Of a stretch of 57,173 nt of DNA, positions 36,249 to 44,517 are shown piece by piece (the stretch's first letter is position 1; each line of letters starts with the position of its first letter). The stretch comes from a virus. Lineage: Duplodnaviria > Caudoviricetes. Position numbers and translations under genes: made by a program. The stretch is from positions 1-57,173 of IMG/VR virus record IMGVR_UViG_3300012347_000287. The stretch is one strand, 5' to 3'. The notes below the pieces were generated by a model. That model saw only the letters and a list, made by a program, of their open reading frames with translations. It did no database searches and was not told the DNA's origin.

Positions 36249-36397
36249 TAGGTAAAAGAAACGAAGCGAGACGCAAGGCTGAGTCGCAAGCCTTATTCCA
36301 CTCTATGCTAAAGGCAGGTAAGAAACAAATTGTTGTGCCTAAGAAATACAAGGGGACACGACAAGAAAAGTTTCGCAAAGCCCTTGACAATGAGTAA
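36245..36397 (+). CDS. Basic 50-aa protein
   Basis: MIGKRNEARRKAESQALFHSMLK...KKYKGTRQEKFRKALDNE*. Confidence 0.55.
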   Translation: MIGKRNEARRKAESQALFHSMLKAGKKQIVVPKKYKGTRQEKFRKALDNE

Positions 36398-36438
36398 CTA
36401 ATCCTGTAGACTTATTTTATAACCCCAAAGGAGATAAC

Positions 36439-36534
36439 ATGTTCGAAAACGTAATCAACGAAGAAGCCATCGCAAGGCTAAGCAAAGATGAACTTGATAC
36501 CGTATTAGCAATTCTAGAGAAGGCAGGATACTAA
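36439..36534 (+). CDS. Hypothetical 31-aa protein
   Basis: AAGGAG RBS; TTGACA promoter upstream. Confidence 0.55.
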   Translation: MFENVINEEAIARLSKDELDTVLAILEKAGY

Positions 36535-36701
36535 TGAACGAACAACCTATTGCAGTAGATATCTATGAGCGTCAAGAGATGAATGCTAATGGTGAAGGTG
36601 GCAATGTATACAATGACTTGTATGGTGACCGTGATGACCTTCCTACCTTTGCAGAATTCGAAGACTACTTTGGCGATCAAGATCCATTCGAGTTTCTATA
36701 A
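36534..36701 (+). CDS. Acidic 55-aa protein
   Basis: TAATG coupling. Confidence 0.55.
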   Translation: MNEQPIAVDIYERQEMNANGEGGNVYNDLYGDRDDLPTFAEFEDYFGDQDPFEFL

Positions 36702-36751
36702 TGTCTGATGGCCCTGTTACACTACTAATAACCCCAATAGAAAGAGATAAC

Positions 36752-37153
36752 ATGCTAGCAGTAGAAGAAGTTAAGGCAACCCTTGAGTCTAACTGTACTT
36801 GTGAGTACTATGATGAAGATGATAACCTAGTACCTTCCTATGACGACTGTTTCGGTTGTTGGGAAGACTCTAAAGAGTATTTCAATGAAGCTATCATGTA
36901 CCCTTGGATGGCAGCGAATGACTACCACGACAAGACGCCTATCAAAATTGTTTCCCCTAACCTAGGCTGGATGAGACGAGCAGGGTATAAGGATACCTAT
37001 GTTGACGATATCGTTAATAGTCTAACTATCAATGGTGACTTTACCTTGCGTTTCACCTTGACTGGTGATAAACTTGAGTGTGTCCGTTCTAGCCACGACG
37101 AGATGGGTGCTTACTTTGAGTTTGAGTTGAGAGAGGAAGAGGAATGGAACTAG
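36752..37153 (+). CDS. Hypothetical early protein
   Basis: Start moved to MLAVEE after the promoter and GAAAGAG RBS. Confidence 0.65.
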   Translation: MLAVEEVKATLESNCTCEYYDEDDNLVPSYDDCFGCWEDSKEYFNEAIMYPWMAANDYHDKTPIKIVSPNLGWMRRAGYKDTYVDDIVNSLTINGDFTLRFTLTGDKLECVRSSHDEMGAYFEFELREEEEWN

Positions 37154-37295
37154 TAATCTTTGGTATCGTAATCTTTGTAATGGTTGCTTGGGTGGCAGGG
37201 CAATAATGTTATTCGGACCAGACTTAGGAATAGCCCTAATGATTATCCTAGGCCCAATTATCATATCTATTATCAATAGCAAGCTTGACAAGTGA
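37144..37295 (+). other. Two coupled hydrophobic micro-ORFs (20 aa 37144..37206; 29 aa 37206..37295)
   Basis: MELVIFGIVIFVMVAWVAGQ* and MLFGPDLGIALMIILGPIIISIINSKLDK*. Confidence 0.4.
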
Positions 37296-37435
37296 CCCCG
37301 AAAGGGGCGGCCCATTCTCAACGATCTGTCAAGTCCTTTTAAGATCTTTGTTAAGAACCTCCAAAAAACTCCCCAAAACTTTGTAGAAAAAAGATTGCCA
37401 AATGGCTTGACAATGTAGCGTTTATGCCCCATAAT
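37285..37435 (+). repeat. Composite early regulatory module, copy 5
   Basis: TTGACA..CCCCGAAAGGGGCGGCCC..TGTCAA, TTAAGA..CCCCAAAA, TTGACA-17-CATAAT. Confidence 0.8.
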
Positions 37436-37498
37436 AGTAATACAACAAAAGTTGGAAATAAATAAATAAGAAGACTACCCAGTCGGAAAGAAGCAAAA

Positions 37499-37651
37499 AT
37501 GTCGAATGTATCACTAACTGTTGGCTCACAGTTCACCACCGCTAAGTCTGGCGTTGTTGGCACTATTCAGGAAATCGTAAAGAACAAGTCAGGCTCTGCC
37601 CGTGTTCGTCTAGATGTAAATGGTCAGCCACGCTGGACTACCGTAAAGTAA
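37499..37651 (+). CDS. 50-aa beta-rich (SH3/KOW-like) protein
   Basis: LTVGSQFTTAKSGVVGTIQEI...VRLDVNGQPRWTTVK. Confidence 0.6.
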   Translation: MSNVSLTVGSQFTTAKSGVVGTIQEIVKNKSGSARVRLDVNGQPRWTTVK

Positions 37652-37788
37652 TAAACTAAATAAACATTGTAGGTCTAGCACTAGATAAGACTGAGCATAC
37701 TGGAGTGCGGTGAACTCTCGCCTATAATGTCTGAACCCCCTGCTACAATAGTAATACAAATCAAACCCCTAAAGAAAGAAGTCCTATA

Positions 37789-38238
37789 ATGGCTCGCACT
37801 ATCTCTGTAAAAGTTCCTGTGTCATCTGTAATCGCTGAGGTTGAGAAGAAGATTGCTGAGATTGACAAGGCTATCGCTTCATACCCTGCTGATGTTGAGA
37901 AGTATGACAAGGCTGTCGAAGTCTACAAGAAGAAGATTGCTAAGTTTGTTTCTGACTTTGTAGCAAAGAACGCTACCAAGATTGGCTATGAACACGACTC
38001 TGTAATCCGTCTATCAACTTCCTATACTGGTCGTTTGGAACTACACTTTGACTCATCTAAGATTGAGGGCTTCCCTGAGCGACCAACTGAGGTGGCACGA
38101 CCTAATCAGTCTGAGTGGATTGGCAACAAGCACCTAAACCGCAAGGAACTTCTTGAGAAGAACCTAAAGGTATTGCGTATGACTACTCAGGAAGAAGTAA
38201 ACGCTTCAACCTATTCCGCTGTGCTTGACCTTATCTAA
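37789..38238 (+). CDS. Hypothetical early protein
   Basis: 149 aa; own promoter. Confidence 0.75.
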   Translation: MARTISVKVPVSSVIAEVEKKIAEIDKAIASYPADVEKYDKAVEVYKKKIAKFVSDFVAKNATKIGYEHDSVIRLSTSYTGRLELHFDSSKIEGFPERPTEVARPNQSEWIGNKHLNRKELLEKNLKVLRMTTQEEVNASTYSAVLDLI

Positions 38239-38244
38239 ATAGAT

Positions 38245-38460
38245 AAACTTAGGGAACAAGTCTTGCTCGACAAGAACAACGCCCGAAGAAACCTGAGTAA
38301 GTTTTGAAACTGCTCACCATAAACCTCTTGTAAGTGTCCTAGGCAACGGCTTACAAGCGTGAGGGCTAACACGATAACGAAGCAAGTCTTAGACAACCGC
38401 AAGGCTCTAAGGCGAAACTAATCCCCCTGTGAAATCCATTGTGGTAAGTAGCAGGGGGAT
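38245..38460 (+). ncRNA. Candidate structured RNA (multi-hairpin, pseudoknot)
   Basis: Intergenic stretch with five consecutive stem-loops, a GCAA tetraloop, a possible H-type pseudoknot and a GAA/AGUA internal loop. Confidence 0.45.
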
Positions 38461-38558
38461 TTGACATTCGATCAACTTTGGGGCGGCCCTCGCTGAATAG
38501 CTGTTATTTAAGACACGCCGTATTAAATCCCCAAAATGTCTGACCCCTGTCGTATAGT
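38461..38558 (+). repeat. Composite early regulatory module, copy 6
   Basis: TTGACA..GGGGCGGCCC, TTAAGACACGCC..CCCCAAAA, ATGTC-box promoter. Confidence 0.7.
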
Positions 38559-38584
38559 TATAGTAATCAAAGAAAGGAAGACTG

Positions 38585-38812
38585 ATGGCTCACGAGATTC
38601 ACGATGGACTGTACTTCTCAGAGGATGGCAACTATGGAGGTGGCAAGATTATTATTGCTGACCATGATGCCTTTACTGAGGAGCAGATTGAGATTCTAAG
38701 TTGCCTTGGTGACAACTCTCGCTATGACTATGCCTATGCCGTTCTAAATGGCAAGGACACTACTGAGTGGGAAGATGAAGCAGACGAAAACTATGGCGTG
38801 TTGCTAGACTAA
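38585..38812 (+). CDS. Acidic hypothetical protein
   Basis: GAAAGGA RBS. Confidence 0.65.
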   Translation: MAHEIHDGLYFSEDGNYGGGKIIIADHDAFTEEQIEILSCLGDNSRYDYAYAVLNGKDTTEWEDEADENYGVLLD

Positions 38813-38861
38813 AATGTCTGACCCTACCCCTATAATGGAAACACAACGAAAGGATACCCCA

Positions 38862-38990
38862 ATGATTCTAAGCCAAAAAGACACCGTATACTTCTGTGAG
38901 TCGTGTGAGGGCTATGCTCTTGTCCATGAAGATAAGGGTATGATTCGTGTCACACCTTGCCTATGCCAGTTCGAAGAAGAGGATAACTAA
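38862..38990 (+). CDS. 42-aa Cys-containing protein
   Basis: GAAAGGA RBS; CESC...CLC. Confidence 0.55.
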   Translation: MILSQKDTVYFCESCEGYALVHEDKGMIRVTPCLCQFEEEDN

Positions 38991-39148
38991 TGGGATACCG
39001 CTACGAAGTTGAATACTCTGCTTGGTATGAAGTTGAGTCAGATGAGAAACTAACTGAAGAACAAGTGCTTGAGATTGCTATGGACCAGCACAGGGATTTC
39101 CCTAATGGTGATTGGTCTGTTGAGTTGGAGGAAGAAACTAATGACTAA
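38990..39148 (+). CDS. Acidic 52-aa protein
   Basis: TAATG coupling. Confidence 0.55.
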   Translation: MGYRYEVEYSAWYEVESDEKLTEEQVLEIAMDQHRDFPNGDWSVELEEETND

Positions 39149-39338
39149 GCCAATGAGTAATGAAGCGATTATCAACTATCTACTTAGTGATACCGCAATG
39201 TTCATCGATGAGAAAGAGGGACTAGACATCAATGATTCTTTTGGTGACTACCTTGAGGGACTTATTAACAGAAGCCAGTCTGTCCTAAGAATGATGGGTG
39301 TGCCAGAAGAACAGATTCCTACCGATGGGAGTTGCTAA
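39141..39338 (+). CDS. Hypothetical protein
   Basis: GGAGG RBS before MTKPMSNE. Confidence 0.6.
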   Translation: MTKPMSNEAIINYLLSDTAMFIDEKEGLDINDSFGDYLEGLINRSQSVLRMMGVPEEQIPTDGSC

Positions 39339-39369
39339 AATGTCAGAGGCTACTGATAGAGTAGTGGGT

Positions 39370-39576
39370 ATGAAACTTGAATGCCCAAACCACGAAGGTG
39401 GATTCGACTGTAATCCTTTCTGCAATGTATGCGAGGGTGACCAAGAGTATGAATACACAGATACAAGACCTTGTATCTATTGCCACATAGGAGTTGAGCA
39501 CGACATCTGGTTCACAGAACTAGGAATGTGTGTTGACTGTTCAAACAAATACTACGACCACGAGGAGATGGACTAA
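39370..39576 (+). CDS. Cys/His-rich Zn-binding hypothetical protein
   Basis: CPNHEGGFDCNPFCNVC...CIYC...CVDC; leaderless start after an ATGTC-box promoter. Confidence 0.6.
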   Translation: MKLECPNHEGGFDCNPFCNVCEGDQEYEYTDTRPCIYCHIGVEHDIWFTELGMCVDCSNKYYDHEEMD

Positions 39577-39770
39577 TGCCTAGATACTATGTAGAAATGC
39601 TAATTGGATTTGCTGGAGAGATTGAGGCAGATAGCAAGGAAGACGCAGAAACAAAAGCTTGGACTTCATGGGGAGACACCATGGATAGCGATATCACCTA
39701 CAGCAATGTTGACTCTATTGAGGTAGAAGAGATTGAAGAGGATGAAGATGACGAAGAAACAGCTGAGTAA
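39576..39770 (+). CDS. Acidic hypothetical protein
   Basis: EIEADSKEDAE motif; coupled. Confidence 0.6.
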   Translation: MPRYYVEMLIGFAGEIEADSKEDAETKAWTSWGDTMDSDITYSNVDSIEVEEIEEDEDDEETAE

Positions 39771-39930
39771 TATTCTTACAGAGTGGAGCGATGAGTTTCA
39801 CAAAGACTATATGGATAGTTATAATAAGGACCTGCGAGCAGGCGACTATAGGGACCTACTAGACGAAGTAATCACACGCATTGACGCATTGAATGCAACA
39901 GCTAAGCGTAAGTGGTATAAGTTTTCATAG
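39748..39930 (+). CDS. Hypothetical protein
   Basis: Overlapping ORF in the operon. Confidence 0.5.
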   Translation: MTKKQLSNILTEWSDEFHKDYMDSYNKDLRAGDYRDLLDEVITRIDALNATAKRKWYKFS

Positions 39931-39951
39931 GGGTATGAGACGTCCTTGGCC

Positions 39952-40079
39952 ATGACGTAAAACTGGCCACCATCTGGGCCCGCCCTTTTTCGATCAGATG
40001 TCAAGTTACGACACAGCTTTAAGATCCCCAAAAATGTTTCCCAAAATCTATTGACATTGTCTGTGTTTTCCTGTATAGT
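39952..40079 (+). repeat. Composite early regulatory module, copy 7
   Basis: GGGCCCGCCC..TGTCAAG, TTACGACAC..CCCCAAAA, TTGACA-TTGTC..-TATAGT. Confidence 0.65.
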
Positions 40080-40119
40080 TATCTTATTAGCAATTCACCC
40101 CTAAAGAAAGTTGGCTCTC

Positions 40120-41133
40120 ATGGCTCACGACCTAGAATCAGTAAACGGACAGACTGCCTTTGCATCTCTTCGACAGCCTGCATGGCATGGACTTGGCACT
40201 GTATTCACTGATGAAGTAAACACTAACGAGATGTTGAAACTCGCACACCTAAACGACTGGAATGTTCGCCTTGAAGATGTAGAGACCCCAGAAGGTTTCA
40301 ACTCAGACAAGAACTATTCTTTCGTTACTCGCACTAACCCATTCGACCGTAGCACCAATGACATTCTTGGTGTAGTTGGTGAACGTTATGTTCCGTTGCA
40401 GAACGAGGACTTGTTCTCATTCGGTGATAACCTGCTAGACGGTGGTGGACGCTGGGAGACTGCTGGCTCAATCAAGGGTGGACGAGTTGTCTTTGGTTCG
40501 ATTGCCCTAACCGATTCAATCACTCTTGACCCAAAGGGCATTGCAGACAAGATTGACAACTATCTTCTAATCAACACCTCTCACGATGGTTCGATTGCTA
40601 TTCAGGCTTCAATCACACCTGTTCGTGTTGTTTGTGCTAACACTCTAAACTTGGCTCTCTCTTCATTCAAGGGCAAGAAAGATGTAAAGCAAACTTTCAA
40701 GATTCGACACACCCAGACCGCTGAGGGCAAGATTGCCGTAGCACGTGAGGCTCTTGGACTTGCTCACAAATACATTGACGAGTTCTCAACCATTGCTAAC
40801 GAGATGATTCAGACTGAGATAACCAAGGCTCAGTTCGATAAGATTGTTGAACTTGCCTACCCTGCCCCGACTAAGGACGCTAAGGGTTCACAGAAAAAGT
40901 ATGACAGCAAGATTGACCTGCTTCAGGGTATCTATGTTGGTGACTACAACAACACCATTAGCGGAACAGCGTGGGGTGCTTTCAATGCTCTAACAGAGCG
41001 TCTAGATTGGTATCGTAACTCACGAGGCGGAAACAACGAATCAATCTTGGCTTCTGCTTCAGGCTTCGACCCAATGATAAACGCTGAGAAAAACCGTCTG
41101 ATGAAAGTTGTTCGCCAAGCCGTAATGGCGTAG
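40120..41133 (+). CDS. DUF932 (phage/plasmid-like) protein
   Basis: PAWHGLG, WETAGSIKGGRVVF, NTSHDGS, TPVRVVCANTL, GTAWGAFNALTE. Confidence 0.9.
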   Translation: MAHDLESVNGQTAFASLRQPAWHGLGTVFTDEVNTNEMLKLAHLNDWNVRLEDVETPEGFNSDKNYSFVTRTNPFDRSTNDILGVVGERYVPLQNEDLFSFGDNLLDGGGRWETAGSIKGGRVVFGSIALTDSITLDPKGIADKIDNYLLINTSHDGSIAIQASITPVRVVCANTLNLALSSFKGKKDVKQTFKIRHTQTAEGKIAVAREALGLAHKYIDEFSTIANEMIQTEITKAQFDKIVELAYPAPTKDAKGSQKKYDSKIDLLQGIYVGDYNNTISGTAWGAFNALTERLDWYRNSRGGNNESILASASGFDPMINAEKNRLMKVVRQAVMA

Positions 41134-41153
41134 CAACTCACCTGGATTCCCTC

Positions 41154-41262
41154 TTGACAAAGGAGGGGATCTGGGGCGGCCATCAAAGCTAAATAATATA
41201 TACTCTCATTAAGAATTCAATTACGAAACGCTTGACATTTCCCCAGATTCATGAGAGAATAG
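41154..41262 (+). repeat. Composite early regulatory module, copy 8
   Basis: TTGACA..GGGGCGGCC, TTACGA..CCCC, TTGACA promoter. Confidence 0.6.
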
Positions 41263-41295
41263 AGTATTCGATAAACCCCAACGAAAGGATTCCCC

Positions 41296-41631
41296 ATGGG
41301 AGCCAGAACAAACTTTGAACTAAGAGACGCTAAAGGCAGTGTATGGTTGTATTCACACTGGGGTGGAGATAGCAAAGTTGCTGACCTACAGGCTGCCCTC
41401 GAAAAAGCAAAGCCTCGCTGGGATGACCCTTCCTACGCAATGCGTATCGTAGTATCGCAGCTGATTGGTAGCGATTGGGATTCAGAAACAGGCTTTGGCC
41501 TATCTAGTTACGAATCAGGCGAAGAGTCTTATGACCCTATCGTCGTAGATTTTCCTGGTTGGATTGTTACCTATCAAGATAAAGATTATTCTTTTCAAGG
41601 ATTTTTGCTAAAAGACTTGACAAATGCCTAA
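41296..41631 (+). CDS. Hypothetical phage protein (LYSHWGG type)
   Basis: GAAAGGA RBS; RWDDPSYAMRI. Confidence 0.75.
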   Translation: MGARTNFELRDAKGSVWLYSHWGGDSKVADLQAALEKAKPRWDDPSYAMRIVVSQLIGSDWDSETGFGLSSYESGEESYDPIVVDFPGWIVTYQDKDYSFQGFLLKDLTNA

Positions 41632-41674
41632 TCACCTGTCATAATAGATATACACCCCAAAAGAAAGAACCCCA

Positions 41675-42184
41675 ATGCACGTATTACAATACATAGCAGT
41701 TCAAGCAGATGACGAAGACATGGCAATGCGAACTGTCGAAGATACCTTGAACAGTGAACTAGGTGGCAACGAGTATGCAACCAACGCTTGGTACGATTGG
41801 TTCGTTATTGGTGGCGGTAGATTTGTAGACGGTGACCCGTATAAGTCATCTACTGAGCATATCATTGGCTATAAAGACAAGCCAGATGAGTATGTGGCTA
41901 TGATTGATAGGATGATTATCAATCGTCTAGTAGAGTTTGGTGGATACAAGAAACGTTTCCTAGAGAAGAACATTGATATCAATAGTTATCTAGATAAGTA
42001 TGACGGTAACACCAACTACTCATTCGAACTATACGAGCTGAACATGATGATTGAAATGTTTCAGGGTGTATGGAATTACAATGCTTACTTCTATGACATG
42101 CATAATGCTACAACTAATCCTAAATATACCCTTGACAATCTAAACGATTCATGGTATATTGTACCTGTAGACTTCCACTTCTAA
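41675..42184 (+). CDS. Hypothetical phage protein (WYDWFVIGGGR...VDFH type)
   Basis: Own TTGACA/CATAAT promoter. Confidence 0.75.
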   Translation: MHVLQYIAVQADDEDMAMRTVEDTLNSELGGNEYATNAWYDWFVIGGGRFVDGDPYKSSTEHIIGYKDKPDEYVAMIDRMIINRLVEFGGYKKRFLEKNIDINSYLDKYDGNTNYSFELYELNMMIEMFQGVWNYNAYFYDMHNATTNPKYTLDNLNDSWYIVPVDFHF

Positions 42185-42193
42185 GGAGACCCC

Positions 42194-42367
42194 ATGTTTG
42201 ACCTACATAGTTTTGAACGTATTGCCAAAGCCCTAGCAGACGACCTTGTTCAAATGCACAAAGATACTGCCATTGAGTTGGAGTATTGGGAGAACGCACG
42301 ATTGCTTGTTGAGAAGTTTTATGATGTAAAGACTCTTGTTCTGATTGGAGATAAGAAGATTGTCTGA
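42194..42367 (+). CDS. Hypothetical 57-aa protein
   Basis: AAGGAG RBS; hand translation. Confidence 0.6.
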   Translation: MFDLHSFERIAKALADDLVQMHKDTAIELEYWENARLLVEKFYDVKTLVLIGDKKIV

Positions 42368-42779
42368 GTTATATACGTATGATAGTTGGGTAGATACCTT
42401 CAAGCCTATCACTAATAAGTTTAGTAAAGACCCAAACAGCATTACCTTCGAAACCTACGGGGAAGAGCAGGAGTTGGTTCGCAACACTGACCCTAAGTTT
42501 ATCTGGACTGAAGTAGATGGCGAGGGTGGTACTTACATCACCGCAGGCTACAACTTTGTGAATCGTATTCAGTACTACATCACTACTAATCCTTGGACTG
42601 ATGAGTACACAGAGGTTCCTACTTGGGTATTCCGTGACTGTGACTGCCGTACGGAAGAAACAGATTGGGAAGCAGACCCTGAGTGTACAGAATGTGACGA
42701 GGGTATGATTGACATTGACTGTGACACTGTGGTAGCATTGAAGGACATCTACGGAGAAGAGGCAAACATTGTCAGTTAG
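42360..42779 (+). CDS. Hypothetical phage protein (FETYG...GY.FVNRI.YYIT type)
   Basis: ORF; probable TTG start. Confidence 0.7.
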   Translation: MSELYTYDSWVDTFKPITNKFSKDPNSITFETYGEEQELVRNTDPKFIWTEVDGEGGTYITAGYNFVNRIQYYITTNPWTDEYTEVPTWVFRDCDCRTEETDWEADPECTECDEGMIDIDCDTVVALKDIYGEEANIVS

Positions 42780-43044
42780 TAATCAGTTAGTCACTAATAA
42801 GGTAACTTTACTTATCGATGACCTATGGCTAAAGTTCATTCTTGAGCAGGCAGTGCCGTTTGTTGAAGACGGAGAGATTCTAGAGATACTTGATAAGCGT
42901 GAAGTAGAAATCTGTGGGGACTGTCAGAAGTATGAATCTTCAGATAAAGAAGTAATCATGGACGTGTACAAGTGCTACTACCAGCAAGAGTATTGTTTGA
43001 ACTGCTGTGGCTGTGAAGAGCACAATGGGGAGAAGTGGTACTAA
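42769..43044 (+). CDS. Cys-rich hypothetical protein
   Basis: ORF in operon. Confidence 0.55.
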   Translation: MSVSNQLVTNKVTLLIDDLWLKFILEQAVPFVEDGEILEILDKREVEICGDCQKYESSDKEVIMDVYKCYYQQEYCLNCCGCEEHNGEKWY

Positions 43045-43394
43045 TGACTAATGAGATTGACTATGACCTAAACATCTTCCAACGTGAGTTGGAGGTACCA
43101 GACATAAGTCTAGAGGACCCAACGCAGGGTACCGTCTTTGAGTATGGTGGCCCATGGTACATCCACATCTACGAGTGCGAACCACATAATCATTGGGAAC
43201 TCGGGGAACCGATCGAACTAACACCTACAGAGACTAATAATCTTATTCTTAATGACTCATACTTCCAGGACCACGAACCAGACCTATGGTATGGCCTGAA
43301 GGGGTTCCTAGCTGACAAAGATAGTCTACTTAGTGATAGACTACGAAGCATCTTCTATGGCCTACCAGTATATAAAGAAGAAGTTTTGTTCTAA
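43044..43394 (+). CDS. Hypothetical protein
   Basis: TAATG coupling. Confidence 0.6.
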   Translation: MTNEIDYDLNIFQRELEVPDISLEDPTQGTVFEYGGPWYIHIYECEPHNHWELGEPIELTPTETNNLILNDSYFQDHEPDLWYGLKGFLADKDSLLSDRLRSIFYGLPVYKEEVLF

Positions 43395-43480
43395 AGCTTG
43401 ACAACTGAATGCAGATACAGTACAATTGAATAGCAAGACCCTAAACTAAATATATAACCCAAAACATAAGGAGCAACATC

Positions 43481-43690
43481 ATGGCAGTATTTCCACCAGC
43501 ACGTAAGGCACAGCCAAAGCGTCTAACCAAGGTAACCAAGAAGGCCAAGGCACAGGGAGACGTCATTCCTTACCTAGAAGTATGGAACACCCGATACGGT
43601 ACCTCAGAGCGTGTAGTATACCGAAAGAACGGTAAGTTTATTGATTCTATTAGTCTTGACTCATTGCGTAAGGCAAAGTCTCTAGCCTAA
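43481..43690 (+). CDS. Basic 69-aa protein
   Basis: TTGACA-17-TACAAT promoter; AAGGAG RBS. Confidence 0.7.
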   Translation: MAVFPPARKAQPKRLTKVTKKAKAQGDVIPYLEVWNTRYGTSERVVYRKNGKFIDSISLDSLRKAKSLA

Positions 43691-43699
43691 TAAGATAGT

Positions 43700-43808
43700 T
43701 TGGCATGTTGAGATTACTCCATGTCAACAGTGATAGCACAACGGTCTAAGGGGTTGGACTGGCTGTCACGGGGGGAGGTTAATATTCTCGCAGGTATTGA
43801 CTTCCCCC
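43700..43808 (+). other. Three back-to-back RNA hairpins
   Basis: TTGGCATG/CATGTCAA, GTGATAGC/GCTGTCAC and GGGGGAGGTTAATAT/GTATTGACTTCCCCC, with G.U pairs. Confidence 0.55.
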
Positions 43809-43853
43809 ACAAACTTTGATACAATAAGCAAGTATAACTGAATAAGGAACATA

Positions 43854-44045
43854 ATGCTAAAACGAGAATCAGTAGAAGAAAAACTGGCTGACCGAATAGG
43901 CAAACTGATAAACGATTTGACCATTGACTTAGAACAACTGGGAATGTATTTTGCCAGAACTAATAATGTGACCTATCGTAGACTAATCGAGATTGCTGAA
44001 TCGGCAAAGTATGAGAAAGAGAATAAGAATGACTACCACTATTGA
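43854..44045 (+). CDS. Hypothetical protein
   Basis: AAGGA RBS. Confidence 0.6.
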   Translation: MLKRESVEEKLADRIGKLINDLTIDLEQLGMYFARTNNVTYRRLIEIAESAKYEKENKNDYHY

Positions 44046-44301
44046 GAACCAAACTGTTATCCTTGCTGACCTATGGTTGAACTACCGTCAAGATGAAGAG
44101 TTCGCAGACTTCATTGAATACAACGACATTGGCTTGCCACTTGCTTATGTAGTTGCTAATGACATTGTAAAGCCAACTGACCTATCTAATCGCTTCATTG
44201 AGGAAACATTCGCCTTGTTGCTTGCTGGTCTAGAGATTGAGGATACTGACGAGGGCTTTGAGAGCATTGATGATGTCTTTGCTCTAGCCGAAGAAAAGTA
44301 G
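44029..44301 (+). CDS. Acidic hypothetical protein
   Basis: ILADLWLNYR...FIEYNDIGLPLAY. Confidence 0.65.
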   Translation: MTTTIENQTVILADLWLNYRQDEEFADFIEYNDIGLPLAYVVANDIVKPTDLSNRFIEETFALLLAGLEIEDTDEGFESIDDVFALAEEK

Positions 44302-44325
44302 TCTAAAACTAATTCGTGTCCCTAC

Positions 44326-44500
44326 TTGACAAGGGGCACGGATTGGGCCGACCACACTTATTTACATTTGTCAATAGCTGGTTTACGAAAAGACATTACG
44401 ATCTCCCAAATATTTTCCCCAAAAGTTGGACATTCTTGTATATCATAAGATATCCTATTTGTCAAATAAGATTACGATAGATCAATATTTTTCCCCAAAT
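44326..44500 (+). repeat. Composite regulatory module, copy 9
   Basis: TTGACA..GGGCCGACC..TTGTCAA, then two ATTACGA-N15-CCCCAAA units. Confidence 0.65.
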
Positions 44501-44517
44501 CAAGGTATAATGTATAT

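Noticed and set aside
37022-37563. Minus-strand ORFs 37022..37432 and 37351..37563
   Set aside because: Antisense to plus-strand genes and a regulatory module; no RBS or plausible composition.
38245-38460. Hammerhead ribozyme or tRNA
   Set aside because: No CUGANGA core with matching stems and no T-loop or cloverleaf pattern found.
35083-39369. Long N-terminal extensions in the ORF track (35083, 35492, 36701, 39069, 39298)
   Set aside because: They run through promoter modules or upstream genes; RBS and promoter positions support later starts. Several ATGs belong to the ATGTC box.
33800-44500. CRISPR array or integron
   Set aside because: Repeats are degenerate, irregularly spaced and separated by whole genes; no cas or integrase gene is seen.
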